A stretch of DNA of 64,000 nucleotides from Candidatus Binatia bacterium. Its GTDB lineage: Bacteria > Desulfobacterota > Binatia > UBA9968 > CAXXLF01. The notes under the pieces are model-generated. The model searched no databases. It was not told the origin of the DNA and saw only the letters and a program-made list of their open reading frames with translations. Positions 19,170-28,544 of this stretch are shown here, piece by piece. The stretch is taken from positions 1,664,001 to 1,728,000 of the forward strand of contig CAXXLF010000002.1 of the NCBI GenBank assembly GCA_963664015.2. Direction: 5' to 3'. Position 1 is the stretch's first letter; each line of letters opens with the position of its first letter. The position numbers were made by a program, and so were the translations under genes.

Positions 19170-20990
19170 TTAGCCGAGCTGCTGCGACCCGCGGTGAAAC
19201 TGCATCAAATATAGCTCTCGATACAACCCCTCCTGCCCCACCAACTCATTATGGGTTCCCTGCTGCACAACCTGCCCGCGTTCGACGACAAACAGCCTGT
19301 CCGCATTCCGTATGGTCGAGAGACGATGCGCAATGACAAAGGAGGTTCGCCCGCTCAAGAGGCGTTTTAACACGGCCTGAATGAGTGCCTCCGTTCGGGT
19401 ATCGATGCTAGCCGTGGCCTCATCCAGGACGAGGATACGCGGGTTTGCCAAGACGACCCGTGCCAGGGCCATGAGTTGCCGCTGACCCTGGGAGAAATTC
19501 TGCCCACGTTCGAACACCCGGGTAGCGTATCGCTCCGGCAAAGGGAAGATGAAATCATGTGCGCTTGCCTGCCTAGCAGCCTCCATCACCTCTTCATCGG
19601 TCGCATCCAAGCGGCCAAAACGAATGTTGTCTGCGATAGTGCCGGTAAATAAAAATGGGTCCTGTGGGACGACGCCAATCTGGCACCGCAGGGATGATTG
19701 GGTCACCTCCCGGATGTCGGTGCCATCGATCAGTATCCGTCCCTCACTCACATCGTAAAACCGGCTGATCAAACTGGAGATGGAAGTCTTACCGGCACCC
19801 GTGGGCCCTACCAATGCGATCGTTTGCCCCGGTTCCACTGTAAAGGAAATATCTTGAAGAACCGGCACCCCATTGCGATAACTGAAATTGACCTGATCGA
19901 ACTCAACCTTGCCTTTGATTTGGGACATGGGCCTGGCATCGGGACGGTCATCCACCTCCACCGGCGTGTCCAGCAACTCAAAGATCTTCTCACCTGCTGC
20001 CATGGACTGCTGGAAGAGAGTGTAGATCGTGCTGAGTTCCCGTATGGGTTGAAAAAACCGTGTCACGTAGGTTAGAAACGCCACCACAACGCCTACGGTG
20101 ATCTCACCAGCAAGCACGGAAGCGGCACCAAACCAAAGCACCGTTGCCGTTGCCAGCATGGCGATTACCTCCACCACCGGCGGGAAGGCGCTGGATAAGG
20201 TCACAGCCCACAGATTTGCTTGAAGGTTCGCAAGGTTAACCTGGTCGAACCGATTCTGACTCACCTGTTCACGGGCAAAGGCCTGGACCACCCGGACACC
20301 GGAAATGCTCTCCTGAAGACTCGCCGCCACCTGAGCAATGGTCTCCCTGGTACGCAGATAAGCCCCTCGCACACGATGGGCAAAGACCAGGGTCACAATC
20401 ACCATGACCGGTGAGAGTGCAAAGGTGTAAAGCGCAAGCTTGGGGCTCATGGTGAGCATGATCACGACGATGCCTACAATAACCAAAAGGTCAGCCACCA
20501 GGTCGACGAACCCATGGGTCATCAACTCCTGCAATACCGTCACGTCGTTGATAATTCGCGACATGGTCACACCCGATTTGTGCCGGTCGTGATAGCCCAA
20601 GGGGAGCCGGTTGATCTTCTGGAATAGCTGGTCGCGTATCCGCTTCAACACCCGTTGAGTGACCGAGGCCATGGTGTAGGATTCACCTGCCTGCGAGCCC
20701 CAAGCGATGAGCAAGGTTAGCAAGAAACCGATGCAGACCATGGAAAGGCCGGCCATGTCTTGCTGTGCCACCAAATAGTCATCAATGGCGACTTTCAGCA
20801 GGTAAGGACCAATGAGGTGCATGCCGGCGGTAATGCTGACCAGGATCATGGCCCCAATCACGTTAATCCGGTATGGTTTTAGATATTCGAGCAGTCGCTT
20901 GACCACCTGGGGGTTGAAGGCTCTTCCTCTGGTCCGTCTTCCGGTACCGTTGGAATGCCACATCCACCCTCCGCCTCCTTGCGCGACCAT
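19170..20990 (-). CDS. ABC exporter, permease/ATPase subunit B
   Basis: TMD plus Walker A GPTGAGKT, degenerate signature FSQGQRQ, LDEAT, AHRLST. Confidence 0.95.
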   Translation of the reverse strand: MVAQGGGGWMWHSNGTGRRTRGRAFNPQVVKRLLEYLKPYRINVIGAMILVSITAGMHLIGPYLLKVAIDDYLVAQQDMAGLSMVCIGFLLTLLIAWGSQAGESYTMASVTQRVLKRIRDQLFQKINRLPLGYHDRHKSGVTMSRIINDVTVLQELMTHGFVDLVADLLVIVGIVVIMLTMSPKLALYTFALSPVMVIVTLVFAHRVRGAYLRTRETIAQVAASLQESISGVRVVQAFAREQVSQNRFDQVNLANLQANLWAVTLSSAFPPVVEVIAMLATATVLWFGAASVLAGEITVGVVVAFLTYVTRFFQPIRELSTIYTLFQQSMAAGEKIFELLDTPVEVDDRPDARPMSQIKGKVEFDQVNFSYRNGVPVLQDISFTVEPGQTIALVGPTGAGKTSISSLISRFYDVSEGRILIDGTDIREVTQSSLRCQIGVVPQDPFLFTGTIADNIRFGRLDATDEEVMEAARQASAHDFIFPLPERYATRVFERGQNFSQGQRQLMALARVVLANPRILVLDEATASIDTRTEALIQAVLKRLLSGRTSFVIAHRLSTIRNADRLFVVERGQVVQQGTHNELVGQEGLYRELYLMQFHRGSQQLG

Positions 20991-22811
20991 TTAACTCTGC
21001 CCCCCTATCCGCGGCTGCTCATAGGCCGGTAGGCCCAAGCCCGACCTGTCCAGGAGCTGAATCTGGACAATTTCGTTGTAGATGCTGTTATGCTCTAGCA
21101 ACTCGGCGTGGGTCCCCTGGCCCATTATCTCCCCACGATCCAGGACGATGATCTTATGAGCGTGCTGAACCGTGCTAACACGCTGAGCGATTATAAAGGT
21201 CGTCCGATCTTTCATAAGGATGTCCATGGCGTCGCGGATCAGGGCTTCCGTTTCGGTATCCACCGCAGAGGTAAAGTCATCAAGAATGAGGACTCGAGGA
21301 TCCAGCAGAAGTGCTCGCGCAATGGAAATGCGCTGTTTTTGACCGCCGGACAGCGTGACTCCTCGCTCACCCACAGTGGTGTCGTATCCTTCGGGGAACC
21401 CGCAGATGAACTCATGGGCCCGAGCCGCCTTTGCCATGCTGATGATCTCGTCTTGAGTGGCCTCGGGAACTCCAAAGGCGATGTTCTCGCGGATCGTGCC
21501 CGTGAAAAGGGTGGTGTCTTGCATTACAATGCCTATCTGGCGCCTGAGCGAGAGGAGTTGAAGGTCTCGGACATCGTGACCGTCGACGAGTACACGACCC
21601 TCTGTCACGTCGTAGAATCGGGGGATGAGGTTGACAATGGTGGATTTACCGGACCCCGTGGTCCCCAACAGGGCCACGATCTCACCGGGACTCACTTTGA
21701 AGCTCACGTCTCGAAGCACCGGCACACCCGGGTAATACGTGCAGGATACCTTTTGGAACTCCACCATCTCCTTGATAGCAGGCAAAGGAGAGGCATTTGG
21801 TTTGTCTTCCACGTCCACCGGTGCATCCAAGACCTCAAAGACCCTCTCTCCTGCTGCAATTGCCCGTGAAGTCTGTCCGATAAGAAATCCAAGGCGGCGC
21901 ACAGGCCGGACCATCAGCAGAAGGTAGGTATTAAACGCCACGAGCTGTCCCACGGAGAGTTCCCCACCGATAACCAGAGTTCCTCCAAACCAGAGCACGA
22001 CCAACGTACTCAGGTTGGCAAACACGTCCATCAAGGGATTGGAATAGGACTGAACCTTTGCCGCCGCCAGGTACTGCCCGAGTAGCAGCTCGTTTTGATG
22101 TTCAAACTTTTCAATCTGGTCCTCTTCACGGGCAAAGGCTTTGACGACCCTGGCACCGGCCAGGTTCTCCTGGACAATGGTCGCCAGAACGGCCAGTTCC
22201 TCCTGTGCCTTGCGAAAGAGGGGGCGAACCCTGTGACCATACTGGGAGGCAGCGTGGGACAAAAAGGGGAGCGTTACGAGAGATGCCGCGGCCAATTTCC
22301 AGTTCATGCTAAAGAGCACAATACCTATGCCCAACCCTATGAACACAAAATGGGCCATTTGAATGAGTGCCCGACTGGTGAAGTGGCGAAGTTGGTCCAC
22401 ATCGCTAGTGGCTCGCGACATGAGCTGGCCGGTTTGTGCCCGGTCATGCCAGCTAAAGGAGAGTCGTTGGAGGTGGCGAGAGATCTGGCTGCGAAGATCA
22501 TAAGCGATCCCCTGGGCACTGTAGGCCCCCAAATAGCCCTGCCCGAAATGGAAGAAACCCTTGACCACGGTGAGACCGACGATGAGGGAAACATGCCACG
22601 CGATGAGGCTCATGGAGTCCACCCCAGCAGCGCAATGGGCGGGGACACCACGGGCTCCCACCCCCACCCTGAGCCCACAATCAATGATCTGGCGAATCAT
22701 GTAGGGTATGGAGAGTTCCACCGACGCAACCACAAGCAGACAGATATAAGCTGCCAGTGTCGCAAGCCAGTACTTGCGAAAGTAACCCAGAATTCGAAGA
22801 ATCGTACCCAT
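20991..22811 (-). CDS. ABC exporter, permease/ATPase subunit A (heterodimer partner)
   Basis: GTTGSGKS, LSGGQKQR, non-canonical Walker B LDD and AQR switch, typical of TM287/288-like heterodimers. Confidence 0.95.
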   Translation of the reverse strand: MGTILRILGYFRKYWLATLAAYICLLVVASVELSIPYMIRQIIDCGLRVGVGARGVPAHCAAGVDSMSLIAWHVSLIVGLTVVKGFFHFGQGYLGAYSAQGIAYDLRSQISRHLQRLSFSWHDRAQTGQLMSRATSDVDQLRHFTSRALIQMAHFVFIGLGIGIVLFSMNWKLAAASLVTLPFLSHAASQYGHRVRPLFRKAQEELAVLATIVQENLAGARVVKAFAREEDQIEKFEHQNELLLGQYLAAAKVQSYSNPLMDVFANLSTLVVLWFGGTLVIGGELSVGQLVAFNTYLLLMVRPVRRLGFLIGQTSRAIAAGERVFEVLDAPVDVEDKPNASPLPAIKEMVEFQKVSCTYYPGVPVLRDVSFKVSPGEIVALLGTTGSGKSTIVNLIPRFYDVTEGRVLVDGHDVRDLQLLSLRRQIGIVMQDTTLFTGTIRENIAFGVPEATQDEIISMAKAARAHEFICGFPEGYDTTVGERGVTLSGGQKQRISIARALLLDPRVLILDDFTSAVDTETEALIRDAMDILMKDRTTFIIAQRVSTVQHAHKIIVLDRGEIMGQGTHAELLEHNSIYNEIVQIQLLDRSGLGLPAYEQPRIGGQS

Positions 22812-22817
22812 AGCTGT

Positions 22818-23291
22818 CTAGCGACGTTGGCGGGATCGCCCCCCAACTGCCGAGCGTTCCTCACCTTCGTCGGCCCGTGGGTCCACTGGGAGGGAATCGC
22901 CGGTCAGACCGGCGTAGTCGTTGAGTAAACGCTGGGTGCGAATCATCTGTCTTTTCAGATGGTAGGCCCGACGTTGAAGGAGCTCGCGGCCAGGGTCGGT
23001 GATCTTGTAGTAACGTCGCGCCGGCCCCGACTTCTGGGTTGACCACTTGGAGCGAATAGCACCCGATTCCTCCATCGATCGGAGGACCTTGTAGACCACC
23101 CCCGGCTCCGTGGCTCGCTTAAAACCATAGTCGGCAAGCGTCTTCATGAGGTCGTACCCATAGGAGGGTTCGCGCAGCAATTCCAAGAGCAGGAAGGCCT
23201 CCAGGTTACGCCCAATGGTTCCCGACGGATCACGGGAGCCTGTTCGTGGGGCGGTGGAAAGTCGATGTTGCAGACTAGATGTTTTTTTCAT
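22818..23291 (-). CDS. PadR-family transcriptional regulator
   Basis: SYGYDL, PGVVYKVLRSME and GPARRYYKIT motifs. Confidence 0.93.
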   Translation of the reverse strand: MKKTSSLQHRLSTAPRTGSRDPSGTIGRNLEAFLLLELLREPSYGYDLMKTLADYGFKRATEPGVVYKVLRSMEESGAIRSKWSTQKSGPARRYYKITDPGRELLQRRAYHLKRQMIRTQRLLNDYAGLTGDSLPVDPRADEGEERSAVGGRSRQRR

Positions 23292-23292
23292 T

Positions 23293-23306
23293 TAGATTGA
23301 AATCTA
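23293..23306. promoter_or_regulatory. Candidate PadR operator overlapping its -10
   Basis: Palindrome TAGATT-GA-AATCTA immediately upstream of the padR start. Confidence 0.5.
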
Positions 23307-23370
23307 CTCTATGGATTTTCCCGATGCAACTTTCTCACCGTGGTGGAACCGACCCAAGCTACCGGTTTAG

Positions 23371-23400
23371 TTGACCCCAGCGTTTTTTTGTGTGTATACT
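23371..23400 (+). promoter_or_regulatory. Sigma70-like promoter of nuo cluster 1
   Basis: TTGACC-18 nt-TATACT. Confidence 0.55.
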
Positions 23401-23428
23401 GCCTTCTTTAAATTTACGGATCTCCGCG

Positions 23429-23815
23429 ATGTTATTCAAATTTGCCAACGTATTAGTCTTTTTGGTGATTGCCGCCGGCTTCGTCGGCATCAATCTGCTC
23501 ATCGGGCGTATTTTACGGCCATCCAATCCCCAACCCCGCAAGCTATCAACCTATGAGTGCGGCGAACCCGCGGCGGGAAGCGCGTGGATGAATTTCAACG
23601 CTCGTTTTTACATCATCGCCCTGATTTTCATTATCTTTGAAGTTGAGATTGCCTTTATCTTTCCCGTTGCTACTGTCTTCAGACAATGGATTGAAAACGG
23701 TCACGGAATTTACGCCTTAGTCCATGTTTTCCTATTCGTATTCATCCTTCTCCTGGGACTCGTTTATGCGTGGAGAAAAGGAGATCTGGAATGGGTGAGA
23801 AAGCTGAGTACTTGA
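23429..23815 (+). CDS. nuoA: NADH-quinone oxidoreductase subunit A (cluster 1)
   Basis: [16 protein letters not shown] and WRKGDLEW motifs. Confidence 0.95.
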   Translation: MLFKFANVLVFLVIAAGFVGINLLIGRILRPSNPQPRKLSTYECGEPAAGSAWMNFNARFYIIALIFIIFEVEIAFIFPVATVFRQWIENGHGIYALVHVFLFVFILLLGLVYAWRKGDLEWVRKLST

Positions 23816-23831
23816 GGGCCAGGGCGATTCC

Positions 23832-24338
23832 ATGGATGCCAGTGATATCTACCAACGCTTAACACAGCAATTTGCAGGAGATGTTTCCGATTTCAACGGC
23901 GAGGCCCTGGACCCGTATTTTAGCGTAAAGGCCTCGTCCATTGTGACGGTTTGCACCTATTTACGGGACGAATCCGACTTGAATTTCGAGGTCCTGTCCG
24001 ACCTCACGGCCTTGGACCTGCCCAAGGAAAACAAATTCCAGGTTGTCTATCACCTCTATTCCTATCCGCACCATCATCAGAGCGTTCTCAAGGTCGACCT
24101 TCCCAGAGAAGAGGCCCGTATCGTAACCGTTGAAGGGGTGTGGAAGGCCGCCAATTGGCTGGAACGTGAGGTTTTTGATCTGTTTGGCATTTTTTTCGAG
24201 GGCCACAGTGATCTCAGGAGGATCATGCTCCCCGAGGATTGGGTCGGACATCCGCTGCGCAAAGACTACGTGGAGCAGGAAGAGTACGATGGGATCAGCA
24301 CCCAACGGGAGCCTTTGGTCCCAGGGGTTTTGCGCTAG
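23832..24338 (+). CDS. nuoC: Complex I subunit C (cluster 1)
   Basis: ANWLEREVFDLFGI..GHSDLRRI..GHPLRKDY. Confidence 0.95.
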   Translation: MDASDIYQRLTQQFAGDVSDFNGEALDPYFSVKASSIVTVCTYLRDESDLNFEVLSDLTALDLPKENKFQVVYHLYSYPHHHQSVLKVDLPREEARIVTVEGVWKAANWLEREVFDLFGIFFEGHSDLRRIMLPEDWVGHPLRKDYVEQEEYDGISTQREPLVPGVLR

Positions 24339-24355
24339 AGAGGAAACGTCACGTA

Positions 24356-25498
24356 ATGGACGATACCAAGCAAATTGAGCCGGAATCCTTTCAAACCGAG
24401 GATATGATCATCAATGTGGGCCCCCAGCACCCCAGCACTCATGGCGTTCTCCGCTTTGTGGTCAGGACCGACGGTGAGGTTATTCGCGAGGCGACACCCG
24501 ATGTGGGCTACTTGCACCGATCCATAGAAAAGATCGGTGAGAAGGTAACCTGGCATGGGTACGTCCCTTATACGGACCGGGCCGATTACCTTGCGGCCAT
24601 GTTCGCCAATCAAGGCTTTTGCATGGCGGCGGAGCGGCTGGGAAACGTCCAGGTCGTCAGGCGCGGCGAGTTCTGTCGGGTTATCGCATGTGAACTCAAT
24701 CGTATCGCCAGCCATCTTATCGCCGTAGGCACCTTTGGTCAGGATATTGGCGCCATTACGCCCTTCATCCACGCCCTCCGCGAGCGAGAAAGCATCAACA
24801 ATTTGATGGAGGAGATTTGCGGCGCCAGACTCACCTATAATTACCTGAGAATCGGTGGGGTGGGATACGACATCAAGCCCGAGACCTGCGATCGCATCAC
24901 CGCATTTATCGACCACTTCGTACCCATCGTCGACGAGTACAACCGCCTGCTCTCAAACAATAAGATCTTCGTCGAGCGGCTGGTCAACGTGGCAGTGATT
25001 ACCCGTGAGGACGCCATGCAGTACAACATCGTCGGGCCTAACCTGCGCGCCTGCGGTATCCAATGGGATATCCGACGGGACATTCCTTATTCCGTATACC
25101 CTGAGCTTGAATTTGACGTTCCCGTGGGTACCGGTGAGAAGGGCACATTAGGGGACTGTTTCGACCGCTATATGGTGCGCATCTTGGAGATGATCGAAAG
25201 CTGCAAGATCCTAAAGCAGTGTCTGAAGATGCTACCCAAGGGTCCAGTCATCTCAAAAGTTCCAATCCGGTTCAGGCCGCCTGCAGGGGAGGCCTATAGC
25301 CGGGTCGAGGCGCCCCGGGGTGATATGGGTTTCTATGTGACCAGCGACGGAACCGAGTATCCTTATCGAGTACGCATCCGGACCGGCTCCTTTACCTCTA
25401 TGGGACTCATCGGCAAACTCAGTCGCGGGATCATGCTGGCTGACCTGATCGCCCTGATCGCCAGCCTGGACGTGGATGCGCCGGAGATCGATCGTTAG
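24356..25498 (+). CDS. nuoD: Complex I subunit D (cluster 1)
   Basis: GPQHPSTHGVLR, GYLHR, DRADY and EAPRG motifs; C-terminal EIDR. Confidence 0.96.
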   Translation: MDDTKQIEPESFQTEDMIINVGPQHPSTHGVLRFVVRTDGEVIREATPDVGYLHRSIEKIGEKVTWHGYVPYTDRADYLAAMFANQGFCMAAERLGNVQVVRRGEFCRVIACELNRIASHLIAVGTFGQDIGAITPFIHALRERESINNLMEEICGARLTYNYLRIGGVGYDIKPETCDRITAFIDHFVPIVDEYNRLLSNNKIFVERLVNVAVITREDAMQYNIVGPNLRACGIQWDIRRDIPYSVYPELEFDVPVGTGEKGTLGDCFDRYMVRILEMIESCKILKQCLKMLPKGPVISKVPIRFRPPAGEAYSRVEAPRGDMGFYVTSDGTEYPYRVRIRTGSFTSMGLIGKLSRGIMLADLIALIASLDVDAPEIDR

Positions 25499-25510
25499 AG
25501 ACACCAGACC

Positions 25511-26698
25511 ATGCAATCCCTTGCGGACCAATTATTCGAAGCCGGATACCTCCCGGGAATATCGCGCGAATTCGTTTACGCCGCGGTCATACTTCTTGTC
25601 GCTATCTCCGTGCTCTCCGTTTTTGTCGCCCCCCTCGCTGGAGTGACCAGCTGGTTGGAACGAAGGGTTTGGGCCAGGATCCAATCCCGCATCGGTCCCA
25701 ACCGGGTGGGCCCCCAGGGTATACTCCAATGGCTTGCCGACGGGATCAAAAATCTGCTGAAAGAGGACCTGATTCCCGCGGCGGCGGATCGAAAACTCTT
25801 TGCCCTCGCTCCCTACGTGGTCTTTATGGGATTCTTTGCCACCTTCGTGGTTATCCCCTTCGGTAGCCAACTGATCGTTGCGGACCTGAACATTGGTATC
25901 CTTTACATATTGGCCGTCACGTCGCTCGTCGTTGTCGGGATACTTATGGCCGGCTGGTCATCTAACAACAAGTGGTCGCTCCTTGGAGGCATGCGCTCCG
26001 CTGCGCAGATTGTCAGCTACGAGATTCCCGCCGGTCTTTCGGTTTTGACCATAATCTTTATTACCGGGACTCTCAGCATGCAGGGCATCATTGGCCGACA
26101 GGGCTGGGCCCCCTGGGATTGGTTTCTCTTCTACAGCCCCTTTACCTTCATAGCCTTTTTCCTCTTCTTTACCGCAGCCCTGGCCGAGGGCAACCGTACG
26201 CCCTTTGATATCCCGGAGGCCGAGTCCGAGTTGGTTGCGGGGTACGTGACCGAATACAGCGGGATGCGATTTCTCTTCTTCTTCTTTGCCGAATGGGGGA
26301 ATCTCTACGTGATCGGCGCCGTGGCCACCACTCTCTTCCTTGGCGGGTGGCAAATTCCACCCTTATTCGAGAACGTTTTTATAAATGGGCTGCTGGAGTT
26401 CGTTGTCTTTTTCCTCAAGGCTTATCTGTGGGTTTTCGTCGCCATGTGGATTCGAGGAACTCTGCCACGGGTGCGGGTTGATCAGCTCATGTCTATGTGC
26501 TGGAAATACATGGTGCCGTTGTCTTTTATTTGCCTATTTGGAACCGCGACCTTCTTAGTGATTTGGCCCGCGGGAAACCGCTGGATCAGCATGCTCATGT
26601 TCGTTCTGGGACTCCTAATCCTGGCGCGCTTTTGCTGGCGCGTAAGATTCCAGATTCGCCACGCCCGGCCGGATCTCTATTTTAATCCGTTCATTTAA
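25511..26698 (+). CDS. nuoH: Complex I subunit H (cluster 1)
   Basis: ERR..RIGPNRVGP, ADGIK and NRTPFDIPEAESELV motifs. Confidence 0.96.
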   Translation: MQSLADQLFEAGYLPGISREFVYAAVILLVAISVLSVFVAPLAGVTSWLERRVWARIQSRIGPNRVGPQGILQWLADGIKNLLKEDLIPAAADRKLFALAPYVVFMGFFATFVVIPFGSQLIVADLNIGILYILAVTSLVVVGILMAGWSSNNKWSLLGGMRSAAQIVSYEIPAGLSVLTIIFITGTLSMQGIIGRQGWAPWDWFLFYSPFTFIAFFLFFTAALAEGNRTPFDIPEAESELVAGYVTEYSGMRFLFFFFAEWGNLYVIGAVATTLFLGGWQIPPLFENVFINGLLEFVVFFLKAYLWVFVAMWIRGTLPRVRVDQLMSMCWKYMVPLSFICLFGTATFLVIWPAGNRWISMLMFVLGLLILARFCWRVRFQIRHARPDLYFNPFI

Positions 26699-26722
26699 GA
26701 TATAGGGTCGAGGTCGTAGGTT

Positions 26723-27286
26723 ATGAGTACACTGACTGCATACGTCAACAATATCGCCGAAACAATCACATCGGTTTTTGAAGGGATGTCCATCACCTTT
26801 TCGCACCTTGTCCGCCGTCCCTCGACGATTCAGTATCCGGACCGTATTCCCCAGCAAATCCAGGACACCCTGCCTTTAAGATACCGGGGCATCCTGGAGG
26901 TCGACATGGATATTTGTACGGGATGTCTAGCCTGCGAACGGATATGCCCGATCACCTGCATCGCTATCGGCATTGATATGGACAAGGAGACCCGGCAACG
27001 GAGCTTCAGCCAATTTGATATCGACATGTGTAAGTGCATGTACTGCGGACTGTGCTCCGAGTCCTGTCCGACGGGAGCCATACGCCACAGCCAGGAATTC
27101 GAAGGGGCAAGTCATAACCCGGCGGGGTTGGTGCGTCGCTTCGTGACCGAGCCGGTCTCTCTGTACAAGCCCAAGAAGGGCGGAGAGACCGAACCCAAGA
27201 TGATCGCAAAGGTAGAGACTGGGAAAATGTATATGGACGAGCTAGCCACTCCGGATGCGGGGGGGAAAGGCTCCGAGGAGAGGTAG
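26723..27286 (+). CDS. nuoI: Complex I subunit I, 2x[4Fe-4S]
   Basis: CTGCLACERICP and CMYCGLCSESCP. Confidence 0.95.
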   Translation: MSTLTAYVNNIAETITSVFEGMSITFSHLVRRPSTIQYPDRIPQQIQDTLPLRYRGILEVDMDICTGCLACERICPITCIAIGIDMDKETRQRSFSQFDIDMCKCMYCGLCSESCPTGAIRHSQEFEGASHNPAGLVRRFVTEPVSLYKPKKGGETEPKMIAKVETGKMYMDELATPDAGGKGSEER

Positions 27287-27315
27287 GTGACAACCGGCAC
27301 TGCGGGTTCTATACC

Positions 27316-27378
27316 GGTCCGTCGTACCGTAGTTCCTTAACGCATCCTCCCATCGTCGACCCTACGGACCTACGGACT
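27316..27378. repeat. Small 8-mer-unit inverted repeat between nuoI and nuoJ
   Basis: GGTCCGTC GTACCGTA GTTCC facing CCTACGGA CCTACGGAC. Confidence 0.5.
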
Positions 27379-27417
27379 TGCAGTCCTTGGGGTCCCCCGA
27401 AAAGTGAGAGAAGCTCT

Positions 27418-27924
27418 ATGGATATTTCAATCAGCACGGCCATTTTTTATTTGGTCGCCTTCGTTACGATAGTTTCTGCGGCGGGTGTGGCCTTTTCATC
27501 CAACATTGTGCACTCGGCCTTCTCCCTGGTCGGAACTTTCGGCGGTGTGGCCACCCTATACGTCTTTCTGGGAGCCGATTTCGTCGCCGGCGTCCAAATC
27601 TTGATTTATGTCGGCGGGATTTTGGTTCTAATCCTCTTCGCAGTCATGTTAACTCACAGGATCAGTGAGATCGAGATCAGCAACCGTGCCGTGGGAAGAA
27701 TCCCCGCTTTCATCCTATGCGGGGGCCTGCTCGCCTTACTCGTTACGACTATCCGGGAAACTCCATGGCTCACTGCCGCGAAACCATCCCATGAGCCGAC
27801 CACCTCCCGGATCGGAGACCTCTTCCTGCAACAGTATCTCCTTCCCTTTGAGCTGGCATCGATTGTACTGCTGGTTGCTTTGATTGGAGCCGTTGTCATC
27901 GCCAGGAAAGAGATTAAAGAGTAG
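27418..27924 (+). CDS. nuoJ: Complex I subunit J (cluster 1)
   Basis: QILIYVGGILVLILF and YLLPFELASIVLL motifs. Confidence 0.95.
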   Translation: MDISISTAIFYLVAFVTIVSAAGVAFSSNIVHSAFSLVGTFGGVATLYVFLGADFVAGVQILIYVGGILVLILFAVMLTHRISEIEISNRAVGRIPAFILCGGLLALLVTTIRETPWLTAAKPSHEPTTSRIGDLFLQQYLLPFELASIVLLVALIGAVVIARKEIKE

Positions 27925-27934
27925 GGGAAAATCC

Positions 27935-28243
27935 ATGGCTATTGGACTGACCCATTATCTCGTGATTGGCGCCATCCTCTTTAGCCTGGGCCTCTTCACG
28001 GTCCTGACCCGGCGCAATGCCATCAGTGTGCTCATGGGGGTCGAGTTGATTTTGAATTCAGCCAATGTCAATTACGTCGCGTTTTCCCACTTCAGCAGCG
28101 GTCGGCTCGACGGCCAGATCTATGCACTTTTTGTGATCATGTTGGCGGCGGCAGAAGCTGCCGTGGGGTTGGCCATTGTCTTAGCCATCTACCAGCTTTT
28201 CCATTCCATTGATGTGAGGGCGGCCCAAACACTCAAAGATTAG
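27935..28243 (+). CDS. nuoK: Complex I subunit K (cluster 1)
   Basis: RRNAI..GVELILN and AAAEAAVGLA motifs. Confidence 0.95.
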   Translation: MAIGLTHYLVIGAILFSLGLFTVLTRRNAISVLMGVELILNSANVNYVAFSHFSSGRLDGQIYALFVIMLAAAEAAVGLAIVLAIYQLFHSIDVRAAQTLKD

Positions 28244-28280
28244 GAGAACATGGTTAGGGACTAGGCCAACAAGAACGATT

Positions 28281-28475
28281 CGCGCAAAGACTCCGTCAGA
28301 GGACGGATCACCCCCCGCCTTAGGCGGGTCCGCCTCAGCAGGACCGGGCTGAGCAAAGAACACCAAGGTTTAGTAATATTACAAAATTCGAAACTTAGAA
28401 TCCGAAACAAACATGACAAATTCCAAAATTATAAGATCCTCAATCCAAAATCTAAAATCAAACACCTAAATTCTA
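28281..28475. repeat. Composite intergenic repeat element, locus 4 (inside nuo operon)
   Basis: CGCGCAAAGAC..GCAAAGAACACCAAG interrupted by three mini-hairpins; AT-rich heptad tract AAATTCGAAAC..AATCCGAAACAAA..AATCCAAAATCTAAAATC. Confidence 0.7.
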
Positions 28476-28544
28476 GGCAAAGAGATATGAAATTTTCACA
28501 AGTTGTTCTGTTGAACATACCATTAGCAAGAATCTAGAAGCGCT

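Noticed and set aside
24356-25498. Group 4 NiFe hydrogenase interpretation of nuo cluster 1
   Set aside because: The large subunit lacks both CxxC Ni-binding motifs and retains NuoD quinone-site motifs.
28484-28501. Rex operator upstream of nuoL (GATATGAAATTTTCACAA)
   Set aside because: Only the right half matches TTGTGAA-N4-TTCACAA and the spacing is off.
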